64,000 nt of DNA from Octopus vulgaris. Lineage: Eukaryota. The notes beneath the pieces were generated by a model, which did no database searches, was not told the DNA's origin, and saw only the letters and a program-made list of their open reading frames with translations. Of the stretch, positions 26,798 to 39,290 are shown one piece after another (the stretch's first letter is position 1; each line of letters begins with the position of its first letter). The translations under genes were made by a program, and so were the position numbers. Location: positions 85,870,001 to 85,934,000 of the forward strand of contig OX597821.1 in the NCBI GenBank assembly GCA_951406725.2, given 5' to 3'.

Positions 26798-27289
26798 CCA
26801 ACCCTCCTCCCCTCTCCTCTAACGCGATTAACAATAAGAGCCAAAACCTTGAATGGAATAACTGGCGCGCACTGAGCGCATCCGATCATACGTATGTGTA
26901 TGTGTGTGTGAGAGTGTGTGTGTGAGTGTGTGTGTGTTTGTGTGCGTGTGTGTGTGTACGACGGGCATCCACACAGTTTCCGTCTACCAAATTCACACGC
27001 AGGGCAGTGGCCAATACTGAGCAATAGAAGAAGACACTTGCCCAGAATGCCGCGCAACAGAACTGAACCCAAAAGCTCGTAGTTATAAAGCGAGCTTCTT
27101 CACCGCACGGCTATGGTTGTGCGTATCGCCATGCCTGCGCACCATTAGCAGGCTTCACTGATTCAGGAAAGCCATTCTCATTCATGTGTATATTATCAAT
27201 ATACTCACGAATTAGTTATGATTAATTACTAATTATTCATTATTGATTATAATAACATGGTATCATTAGTCCTTATTATATTCATAATA

Positions 27290-28050
27290 ATCTTTTCTAC
27301 TCTAGGCACAAGGCCCAAAATTTTGTAGGAGGAGGCTAGTCGATTAGATCGACACCAGTACGCAACTGGTACTTGATTTATCGACTTCGAAAGAATGAAA
27401 GGCAAAGTCAGCTTCGGCGGAATTTGAACGAAACAGCAGACGAAATACCTATTTCTTTACTACCCACAAGGGGCTAAACACAGAGAGGACAAACAAGAAC
27501 AGACAAACGGTTTAAGTCGATTATATCGGCCCCAGTGAGCAACTGGTACTTAATTTATCGACCCCGAAAGGATGAAAGGCAAAATCGACCTCGGCGAAAT
27601 TTGAACTCAGAACGTAACGGCAGACGAAATACCTATTTCTTTATTACCCACAAGGGGCTAAACACAGAGGGGACAAACAAGGACAGACAAACGGATTAAG
27701 TCAATTATATCGGCCCCAGTGCAAAACTGGTACTTATTTAATCGACCCCGAAAGGATGAAAGGCAAAGTCGACCTCGGCGGAATTTGAACTCAGAACGTA
27801 GCGGCAGACGAAATACCTATTTTTTTACTACCCACAAGGGGCTAAACACAGAGAGGACAAACAAGGACAGACAGACGGATTAAGTCGATTATATCGACCC
27901 CAGTGCGTAACTGGTACTTATTTAATCGATCCTGAAAGGATGAAAGGCAAAGTCAACCTCGGCGGAATTTGAACTCAAAACGTAGCGGCAGACGAAATGC
28001 TGCTAAGCATTTCGCCCGGTGTGCTAACGTTTCTGCCAGTTCACCGCCTT
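27290..28050 (-). mobile_element. SINE family B tandem array (4 units)
   Basis: gacgaaat at 27439, 27623, 27807 and 27991. Other copies at about 22918-23500(+), 43730-43960(-), 44715-45130(-) and 46725-46950(+). Confidence 0.88.
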
Positions 28051-28387
28051 ATTATATTCATAATAATTTTGATATTAAGCTTGGCCTGTTGGGCCGAGAA
28101 GCATTCATAATAATAACAACTCAATGATTCCAATTGTGTGCGTATTAATATTTGTTTTAAATCATGCCGATGTCAAATTTGCCTTTCATCTTTCCGTGGG
28201 TTGGTAAACAAAAGTACCAGTCAAGTATTGGGTCAATTTAATTGACTAATCACCTTCCACTAATTCCAAGCCGTCTGTCTATGATAGAGATAATTATTTC
28301 CATTGATATAATTCGTTATCTTAATACAAACGCAAGATATCCTGAGAACTATTTTCACTGATATGTGTGTGTTTGACAATTCCTTAT

Positions 28388-28467
<80 letters not shown>

Positions 28468-28883
28468 TACACACACATCTGCATGCTTGATTCACGAGAT
28501 AACATTAACCGTCGGGCAACCTCTAACGCTATCCATTTGAAGAGTGAAGACAAACCACACCTCCGTTCAATAGTTTATTGGAATGGTAATCCAGAACAGC
28601 ATAAGAGATAATCTAAGAATGTCAGAAGGAAGAAATGTACACTGGTTTGATGAAACCAAAATCAAAGAATGTCGGCAGCTACGTCACGAAGTTCCTTGAT
28701 TTAGGATTGTATTGACGTCTTTTCAGCGCCAGACGAATAATATCTCAGGGAGATTATGGTGTTGAGCGAGCCGGGTTGTGGCAAAAGCTAGTTGAACCGG
28801 ATTGGGTAAATGGTTCTTAGTTTTCTCACTAGATTACCATTTCTATATTATAAAAGTAATGAGACTTTGCAGGTCACATTTAG

Positions 28884-29026
<143 letters not shown>

Positions 29027-31012
29027 GAGAGAGAAAGAGAGAGAATTGTTTCTAAGAACGGTGAATCTCGAAGCAGATAAAGTTATAAATAATTCTTTCT
29101 ACTATAGACAAAGCCTGAAATTTTGTGGGACGGGTTTTGTCGTTTACATTGACCCCAGTGCTCAACTGGTACACTGGTACATATTCTATCGACCCCGAAA
29201 AGGATGATAGGCGAACTCGGTCTTGGTGGAATTTGAACTCACAATGTGAAGCCGGAAGAAATAGCGACCCTACCAGCTCCACACTTTAGATAAAACTTTA
29301 AGTAATCCTTTCTACTATAGGCATAAGGCCTGAGATTTGAGGGAGTGGAACAGTCGATTACATCGACCCCAGTACTCAACTAGGATCTTTTCTGTTTGGC
29401 TGGACCAGCGGAGATTTCAGAGTTTATTGAAAATTTTAAAATTTTGTGTATTCATGTAATTTTCCACGCTGAATCTCAGGAGATATTTCACTTGTTGCAG
29501 AAAAAAAAAAGTTATAGAGGTTTAAAGTTTGATCATTTTTACCTAGTCATAAAATAGGATTTGGAAGCTGTCATTTTGTATGTGACTGCACGTGTTGTTA
29601 ATATTCTGAAAATAGCATGTCTTTTAATATGAAACTTGCTTGACACATGACCCCTCATAACTTTTTGTACTTTTTAGAATTTTCAGAGAATTTTTGCGAA
29701 TTTGTATTCTATACACAGGAATTCATACGATTATGCAAAAAAAAAATTAGGGAGTGCGTGGTTTAAGGCCTGTTTAGCTGTTATTTTTAGCACATCTCAC
29801 TACCACCTCAATAACCAAAAACGAGTAAACAAAACATCTTTTGTATATATTTCTCTATGTATGTATGTATGTATGTATGTATGTATGTATGTATGTATGT
29901 ATGTATGTATGTATGTATGTATGTATGTATGTATGTATGTATGTATGTATGTATGTATGTATTATGTATGTATGTTTGTTTGTATGTATGTATGTTTGTA
30001 TGTATGTATGTATGGATGTATGTATGTGCTTGTGTGTGGGTTTGTGTTTGTGTGCCTTTGTGTTGGTTTGTGTATGTCACTGTAACTTAGCGAATCGGCA
30101 AAAGAAGCGATAGAATATGTATCAAACTTTTTTAAAATAATAATAAGTACTGGGATGGGTTTGTTCGACCTAACTCTCTAAGGTGGTGCTCCAGCTTGGC
30201 CGAAGTCCAATGACTGAAACAAGTAAAAGCATGAAAAATAAAAAATCCCTTGCGAAACTGGCTAATACCAGTTTAAAGCAGATTAAGTGGGAAGCATTTT
30301 TCTACTTCGGATGTCGTTTAATGAGTAATCTCCCACATGAACGGTCTTCTGCTATTTCTACAATATCAGAGGTAAATAATAAGTGAAAGAGAGTCACTGA
30401 AAAGTTCTAAGAGAATTTGAGTAGCGTTTGTTAGAAGTTTGATATCTGGAATTACGTTTGTTTGGAGCGTGAAATCTAGAATTACGATTATTACACAAAT
30501 CGTTTGCAAAATATTCGAGATCAGAGGAAAAATCAGCAGAAGATGGTATAGATTGCCACTAAAATACTGGTTGCGGCCTGTAGGGAATTACTCTAACTGT
30601 GCATTTATTCTTGAAACAGCTGTAAGGGAATACCTGTCTACTTTTTTCCTTCTTCTCACCCAGTTATGAATTTTACCTATGATGACCTACCTGAATCTAC
30701 TTTATCAATAATACGGGCTTATCTTAAAACTATTCCGTGACAATATCAGCATACATCACAACCATTATGAACATTCTTCAACCGATCTTTTTTTGATCTC
30801 GCGTACTTAAAAAGCCAGTGTAATATTATTTTCTATCGTCAAGTTGTATTAATAATATGAGTGGCTGTGTGGTAAGTAGCTTGCTAACCAACCACATGGT
30901 TCCAGGTTCAGTCCACTGCGTGGCATCTTGGGAAAGTGTCTTCTGCTATAGCCCCGGGCCGACCAATGCCTTGTGAGTGGATTTGGTAGACGGAAACTGA
31001 AAGAAGCCTGTC

Positions 31013-31109
<97 letters not shown>

Positions 31110-32032
31110 TCCCCCTAGCATTGCTTGACAACCGATGCTGGTGTGTTTACGTGTCCTCGTCACTTAGCGGTTCGGCAAAGAGACCGATAGAATAAGTATT
31201 GGGCTTACAAAGAATAAGTCTCGGGGTCGATTTGCTCGACTAAAGGCGGTGCTCCAGCATGGCCGCAGTCAAATGACTGAAACAAGTAAAAGAGTAAATG
31301 AGTATATAAATGTCATAATCTGACCAAATGCCAGTTGTTTGCCTGTTTATATTTTTATTGTATTGTTTTATTGTTTGCCTGTTTATATTTTTATTGTATT
31401 ATACGACAGGTGACGGATGGTGGTTGGAAATTTGTTAAAATCATATCCGCTGGTTTCTACGAAACCCCGGGTATTGGATGCGAGTGTTCCATACTTGAAT
31501 TTTTTAAACTATATATTATCTTCTGTTTCCACGATGTTGAGTTATTTATATAAAAGAAGAACACAAATAGGGTTTAACTTTCATAACCACAATTTTAAAC
31601 CCCGTTTATGTTCTTCTTTTATACATACGCTACACTTGGAACCACCTCTAGGTTGACTCTACAGTTTACATTGAATCGGGTGCCTATATATGAATATATA
31701 TACATTTGCCTGTGTGTACTCAAATACGGATAGGCATGAAGATGTATATGTACATAATCGCAGCACGCGACCAGCAAACGACAACTGAATATTGCAAAGC
31801 CGGTATCCGGTCTTTCCTGGAGTCCTACACATTGAAATTCCTAGATTCTACTAATTCTGCAACTGAACGCGCAGGAGTGGCTGTGTGGTAAGTAGCTTGC
31901 TTACAAACCACATGGTTCCGGGTTCAGTCCCACTGCGTGGCATCTTGGGCAAGTGTCTTCTACTATAGCCTCGGGCCGACCAAAGCCTTGTGAGTGGATT
32001 TGGTAGACGGAAACTGAAAGAAGCCCGTCGTA

Positions 32033-32125
<93 letters not shown>

Positions 32126-32494
32126 ATGTTTGTGTGTCTGTGTTTGTCCCCCCAACATCACTTGACAACCGATGCTGGTGTGTTTATGTCCCCGTTACCT
32201 AGCGGTTCGGCAAAAGAGACCGACAGAATAAGTACTGGGCTTACAAAGAATAAGTTCCGGGGTCGATTTGCTCGACTAAAGGCGGTGCTCCAGCATGGCC
32301 GCAGTCAAATGACTGAAACAAGTAAAAGAGAGAAAGAGAAAGATATATATATATATATAATAGGAGAGTATTGTAGTTTGCTTGAAGCATTGTGTATTGT
32401 TTGTAAAGAATAAAATGTTTTGAATGGTACAACAATGCACTATAATACAGACAATGGGGTATATACCTGTTGTAATTTAGTCATCCATAGTCTG

Positions 32495-32531
32495 ATATGA
32501 TATTTCGGAATAATATTCCTTCTTCAGATAT
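32495..32531 (-). ncRNA. Minimal hammerhead ribozyme candidate
   Basis: ATAT-CTGAAGA-A-GGAAT att ATTCC-GAAA-TA-TC-ATAT. Confidence 0.6.
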
Positions 32532-32555
32532 TCTTAGATGGAGTCGCTGCTATAA

Positions 32556-32940
32556 TCTCTCTCTATATAAACGGCAGTTTGTCTGTGCGTGTTTCTGTGT
32601 GTCTGTATTCTCGTACCCTCACTCTGACCACGGCTTTCAACCGATTCTGATGAAACTTGACACACACATAGCCCAATGTCATAATTCAAAACTAACGCAG
32701 CGAAAATTTTGAAAAGTTCCCCCAGTTCTGAAAAAAATCGATAAATTCGACATGGGGTCGAGAATCAGAAACCCAAACCGCAGACCGTCTAGGGGACGCA
32801 ACTCCACCCTTTTTTAACTCTCAAAAAAATTTACCATAATTTTTTTTCCATTTTTTTGCTATTTTTGGGCTATAACTCTCTAAAAATGCTTTATAGTTAT
32901 TTCCCTTACAAACCTGAGCAACGCCGGGCGATACTGCTAG
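32556..32940 (+). mobile_element. Non-autonomous Helitron
   Basis: 5' A|TC, subterminal hairpin cctgagcaacgccggg, 3' CTAG|T, no TSD. Confidence 0.85.
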
Positions 32941-33294
32941 TCGGTTTATATAATTTGTTTTGGGAATGGTAAAACTCTAAGTCGATAAAGCTATAAATGA
33001 TAATGTGTAAATACTTGATTTAAAAAACTCTTCGAGCAGTAAAATTCATAGACAGACTGTTGGATTCGTACTCACATGTTCCGTAAACGTGACAGAATTT
33101 TTTGTCCATTTTGGAAACTTTTTCTTAACAGCGAGAATTCTATATGATTGACGTCACAAGAATTTATGAACCACGACACAACGTGAAATGATTCTTTAAT
33201 ATATAACTTTAATTCAATATTTGTCTGTATGTAACTTCTTTGAACAGTAAAACTTTTGATTCACACAACAGTGCCAGCCTTAGCTCACTCTAAC

Positions 33295-33632
33295 TCACCT
33301 CCTCCAAAGAAGGCAAGGGTGCAGCCCTCCGCTGGCAAAGTCATGCTCACATCTTCTGGGACCGGGACAGAGTAGTGATGACAGAATTCCTGGCAAAGGG
33401 TACCACAATTACAGGAGCCTATTATTCTTCACTTTTGAGGAAATTAAGAGAAGCTATCAAAATCAGGAGGCAGGGCAAGATCAGCAAAGGCATCCTCCTC
33501 CTGCAGGACAACGCTCCGGTCCACAACTCGCGCGTCGCCAGATCAGAAGCACAGGCATGCGGCTATGAACTCCTCCCCCATACCCCTACTCTCTTGACCT
33601 TGCACCCTCTGATTTTCACCTCTTCCCTAAAC
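33295..33632 (+). mobile_element. Mariner transposase fragment
   Basis: SAGKVM, GTTITGAYY, LLQDNAPVH and a frameshifted YSLDLAPSDFHLFP. Confidence 0.88.
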
Positions 33633-34411
33633 AATACTTACGGGCGAGTATTTGTATTCTGGTGGTTATGGCGACGTGGGTTCCAGTTGACCCGATCAAC
33701 AGAACAGCTTGTTCTTGAAATTAACGTCCAAATGGCTGAGCACACCACAGACACACATACCTTTCACAAAGTTCTCAGGGAGATTCAGCATGATACATAA
33801 TGGGACAAGGTTGACTCTTTGATATACAGATACTACTCATTTTTGCCAGCTGAATGGACTGGAGCAACGTGAAATAAAATGTCTTGCTGAAGGACACAAC
33901 GCGCCGCCAAGAATCGAACTCGCGACCTTTTGATCGTATGCCACGCGCCTTCGCTACCAGCGAGTACTAAAGTACAAACCGAAGAAGCCATTTATCCGTG
34001 ATTTCCCTCTGCATCAGTATCATTATGGCCGAGCTATTGGGGGGAAACAAATCAACAAAACACCAACCAGCTGGTAATAGAAGTCGGCATAAACAGATGA
34101 CAGCAATGGCGAATGCTTCATAATTTTTAATATATTTAGATATTGTTTCTGTTCACTCACATGAAATACATGTCGTTTCACAAATGTTTTGACGTTTTTC
34201 ATGCATATCATTTTAAATATATATTGCATACTTTCTGTTTTCTAATGTGTGTGTGTGTGTGTGTGTGTGTACATAGTTCACAATGTGTGTGTGTGTGTGT
34301 ACGTGTGTGTGTATGTCTACATAGTTCTAGTATTTTTAATATATATCATTTTCAATAATTTTGAACTGGGATGGAACGAATACGTTTTTTTGATTTTTAA
34401 ATCATACATAC

Positions 34412-34458
<47 letters not shown>

Positions 34459-34480
34459 TACATACACACACATATATGTG

Positions 34481-34566
<86 letters not shown>

Positions 34567-34586
34567 CATGTATTTATATGTGTGTA

Positions 34587-34631
<45 letters not shown>

Positions 34632-36551
34632 ATCGTAGACTTCTCCTAGAAAAATAATATAAGTTATAGGCAAAAAAATATTAGAAAAGCTTGTAAGTTT
34701 TTAAGTTCTACTTTAAACTTTCAGTTTCCTAAATTTCATTTTTTCCGCAAAACGTTGGTTCAATTTCTCTTTAGTGGAAAGACGAATAAACGATTCTGTT
34801 GTTTAGGAGTTAGTGTTAGAGAAAGGGTAAGAGAGGGAGAGATAGAGGGGAAGAGGGAGAGAGAGTGTGAGCTAATGAAGGAAATGGGAAGAGGAGAGAG
34901 ATTGAGAAAAAGTGTGTGTCGTGTGTGTGTATGTGTGTGTCCACGAGGAATGAAATGGAACGAGCGAGAGAGGCAGTGTGAATGAAGGAATAAAATAGAA
35001 ATTGTAAGAGTAGGCGAAAACAACGATGCAACCAAATGAAAAAAGACGAACACTTAACGATAGAGAATATATACGGCTTAGCGTCAAAAACTCGGAAGCA
35101 AAAATTGTAAAACTGAGAATCTAAAAGATACAGAGATTCCTACTGGTGGGGCCTGGAAAACTTGTGTTGGGTCATGGTGCCGTAGTCGCCAGTCACAAGG
35201 TTCTCATTAAACTGATTCACTTTATTTTTCTTAGTCAATAATGTACTTTTTTTTTGTACTCAGTACTTAATAAAAGAATTACCGGTAGATTCTTTTGTAT
35301 TGAATAATTATGATGAAATATCAAAAATAAAGTTGTTTTCTTTTTCTTTTCCAATCGCCAGTGGGGCATACATTTTTCTGGAAAGTTATGGTGGGGCCTG
35401 AGGGAAAAGAGGTTGGAAAAAACTGGTCTAATGTAAAAGCAAGCGAAATCCAAGATCAAAATGTCACACGGACATAGAAATGACAAGAAAAAAAAAACAA
35501 CTAATGCAAAGAAACTTGAAAGTGAAAGTAGATTCACTAAGGCAATAAACACTTAAAACAAATGAAGAAAGGGGATGCAGCGATTGCTCTAAATCCAATC
35601 AACAGGTGTAGTAAAACTGTTTCAAAACATGAAATAATTGAATAATATGAAGAAGCCAGAATAGAGACCGTTTTAGAAAGATGGGTACTATATGTTCCGA
35701 ATATGGTGGCGTTTATATATATTTTCCCAGCCTCATGGTTCCAGGTTCAGTCCTACTGCGTGGCACCTTGGGCAAGTGTCTTCCAAAAGATATACATATA
35801 AGATTCAGTTAAACGAGGTGAGGCACCTAGTTAGATCGAAATAAAATGCACACGCATCAATTATAAATGAATACCAACCTTGGAACAGAAGTACTGGCAG
35901 AATGATATTCGGGTAATTCATGCAGTTACATTGGAGCCAACTGAGTTTATAATCCGCTTTTGAGCCATTCAAGGCATGTACGTTTTATTAAATATACAGT
36001 CTATAATATACTTTTCACATGCCCGTTAAAGCCACTCTTTCTAATTTCTCTATAAATTCGAATGTTATTTCTAAAATTCCAATTATCTAACAATGTTGGT
36101 TGGATTCGTCATGATCAAGATATTATCTCACCTATCTGATACTTACTCTTACTCTTTTGCTCTTTTATTTGTTCCAGTCATTTGACTGCGGCCATGCTGG
36201 AGCACCGCCTTTAGTCAAGCAAATCAACCCCAGGACTTATTCTTTGTAAGCCTAGTACTTATTTTATCGGGCTCTTTTGCCGAATCGCTAAGTAACGGGG
36301 ACATAAACACACCGGCATCGGTTGTCAAGCGATGTTGAAGAGACAAACACACACACAAACACACACATATATATAGATATATACTTTCCGTCTACCAAAT
36401 CCACGCACAAAGCTTTAGTCGACCCGAGGCTATAGTAGAAGACACTTGCCCAAGGTGTCACGCAGTGGGACTAAACCCGGAACCATGTGGTTGGTAAGCA
36501 AGCTAATTACCACACAGCCACTCCTGCGCCTGTTTAAAACTTGTTTAAAAT

Positions 36552-36633
36552 TTTACCTGAAGATGGTGGATTATATGTGATAATGTAATCTATGTATGCA
36601 TCAATAAAATACTACCAAAACGGCTGTCGTAAA
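36552..36633 (+). ncRNA. Degenerate hammerhead (G12 changed to A)
   Basis: TTTAC-CTGAAGA-T-GGTGG...CTACC-AAA-ACGGCTGT-C-GTAAA; near-palindromic stem III; the change from ccgaaa to ccaaaa fits CpG decay. Confidence 0.6.
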
Positions 36634-37016
36634 TATTAATCTTCATTTGTGTTCTTTTTTATACTTACGCCGCACGGTTTAAACTAAATTTGGTACTTGC
36701 ATATCTTCAGTATCCTACCAACACCTGATACCTTCATAGTTTGTTTTACCTGACTGTGAAACCTATGTTACTTTACCCAGCAATTTCTGGCGCCCTACGT
36801 GTTGATGTGCCTAGATTCTACTGAATTCTTTAACTAATGTATGTATGTATGTATGTAGTGTAGTGGTAAAATTGTATCTAATGATGTAATGATATACGTA
36901 TATGCAGTAAGTGCTCAGGATGGCTTACTACTAAAACTCCGGCTTAAACTGCGACTAAAACAAAAGTAGTGTTGTAGCAAACTAGCAATGAATGGCTATA
37001 AGTGGTTCATCATTGA

Positions 37017-37071
<55 letters not shown>

Positions 37072-37639
37072 TTAGAAAAAAGAATGAACAGTCAAAATAT
37101 GGGTATCACTTTTCACTTTAAAGCACAGAATTTATAATTTAAACACGATTGTAGAATTTTTACAATGGAGTGCTGGAGTCAAATTTATTACGTAGATAAG
37201 GGAGTGAGAAGTTGTGCACAAAGTCTCTTTCAACTGTCTTTTGGAATAGCTGCGTATGCGGTGCATGTCTCAGCCAACGAAGATTTCCATGTAAAAGCCA
37301 ACTCTGCTATCTTCAAAAAAGAAGAATTAAGGAATATCCTTATTAAAGGATATTAGTAGTTAGTTTTTAAGTCCATCGTCGGAGAGAGAGTGGGGTAGAT
37401 TATGAGTGGAGGGCTTGTGTGAAATAAGAGACAGTATAAAATAAAGTATAAAGGAAAGAGTCATGAATGCATGAGAGTAGATAGAGACTGACTGGTATAG
37501 CAAAGGCATATATAACTTAAGAGTTAAAGGGACACACACACACATATATATATATATAGGGAGAGTTCACGAAAAAAAACAAAAGACGAAGACAAACAGA
37601 TGTATTAGTATAACGCTTCCCTGAAAACTACGATCAGGT

Positions 37640-38445
37640 TAAGAAAACGGTCACACATGAGGTGGGTGCAAGTACCAGAGACACACTTAAGGGCCACATA
37701 TTTAAGTTTAAAAGCAAGATATACTCCCGAGAAGAAGGGGCAGCCATTGATGTCAGTATCGCTGGCGATGAGGCTAACCTATTTATGGTATGGTGGGATA
37801 TGAGACTCAAAGAGTGATTAGCAGAGAACACCATAACCTTAACCATGTACTCCTGCCACGTGATTGATGTCAACATTGTGGCCAAAGCACTTCCACAAGA
37901 CAGTGTTGATGAACTAGAAGCTGGCATTATGGAGAGCATCCATCAAATAGCTAACTCCATCCAACAGAGTATAAAGGTAACTGTAGACTACCCTACAAGC
38001 ACCCTAACTATAATCTACCGTTCTTAGACACCGAATTCTGTCTGGAAACTAAGAATATTAAAGTCCAGATCCTTCATTCTTATTATACGAAACGCATGGC
38101 CTCTAAGTACCTGGTCTACAAGAACGCAGCTATTGCAGACAACGCCAAGTTCAATATCCTAATAGCGGACTTGGTAAGAGTGATGAGGAATATGTTCCGC
38201 ATGTGCGACCCAACGGAATTGGAAAGACACATACGACACTTCATCCACTGCATGCGATTCTCTGGCTGCAGCCAAAGGGACACGATTAGAGTCTACAAAG
38301 GAGCCAAGGCTAAGTACGAGGCCGTCATAGAGAATGATGCAAATGGGATCTGCTCGCTATACAGAAGTAAATCCTGGAACAACACAGAAAGGATCAAGAA
38401 GACAGGTATGGCCAACTCATGGTATGACTACAAAAAATACTAGAA
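37640..38445 (+). pseudogene. Decayed Penelope-like element reverse transcriptase
   Basis: FKFKSKIYSREEGAAIDVSIAGDEANLFMVWWD, a degenerate YVDD (HVIDVNIV), TVDYP, LPFLD, then MASKYLV...RFSG...LYRSKSW, typical of the PLE RT and thumb region; frameshifted. Confidence 0.75.
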
Positions 38446-38449
38446 TATC

Positions 38450-38885
38450 ATGAATTGTTACACGATGGTCTTCCGTGACTAATCACCGAACCTTCCCAAT
38501 CGGATCCTCATTTCGGCTCCTGAACGTGCCTCGCTCTCAACTGAGGTGCGGCTGTGTTTGAAGCGGTTGTAATAACTCTTTGATCAGAGATTTGTCGATG
38601 GCATCATCACCAAAGACCTACTGAATCTTCTGGATGGTTTGAGTTTGAGTATCACGAAGCTTTTAGCGAAACTTGATGCATATCTCTAATGCGTTTGATG
38701 AAAACGAAAATCTAACGAGCACGCACTACAAATCTGTACTCTAGGCCTAACAGCCGGGAACAGAAGCGGAAATTTTCGCGCGTGCGCAGGAAGGGTGGCG
38801 TCGCCTCCTGCCCAAAGGATTGTGCCTTCAAGGCATTAGTTTTGGCAAGAAAAATATAGTCCGATACGTTTTGAATGCACCTCAT
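38450..38885 (-). mobile_element. Mariner 5' fragment
   Basis: Terminus ta-tgaggtgcattcaaaa; CIKFR..L...QTQTIQKIQ N-terminal HTH-like remnant. Confidence 0.65.
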
Positions 38886-39290
38886 AAGTGAAAGTAATGT
38901 GTAAGAAAATTATACAGGAGGACCCATCTTACTGCATTTTGATGTGGTAAAATCTAAATGTCTTTAAGAATTTATGAGCACAAGAGAAGAACACTTTATG
39001 TTGAGTGTTTTAATAATTGTGCTGGGTTTTGTGATGGTATTTACAGAGATTTTTTCAAGCATAGCCAAAACATATCATTTTGGTCCTGGTCAGCGTCAAT
39101 AATAGACCAAATTATATCGTATGGAATACTCTGTTCTTTAAGGTAGTGTATGTGGTCGGCTAGTGAAGTAAATTTACGGCGTTTTTCGTATTCAAAAGAG
39201 CTCAAATGTGCTGAGGTTACTTAAAATTAACGGTTACTCCAATGCAAACCTTGATAGAGTTTGTTGTCTATTAGGGACCATATTCTTATA

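Noticed and set aside
27290-28050. CRISPR-like periodicity
   Set aside because: The whole 184-bp unit repeats with no unique spacers, there are no cas genes, and the context is a eukaryotic SINE.
37220-37390. Hammerhead-like remnant on the minus strand next to (TA)n
   Set aside because: Both core segments are mutated (CCGACGA, AAAA) and stem II is not definable.
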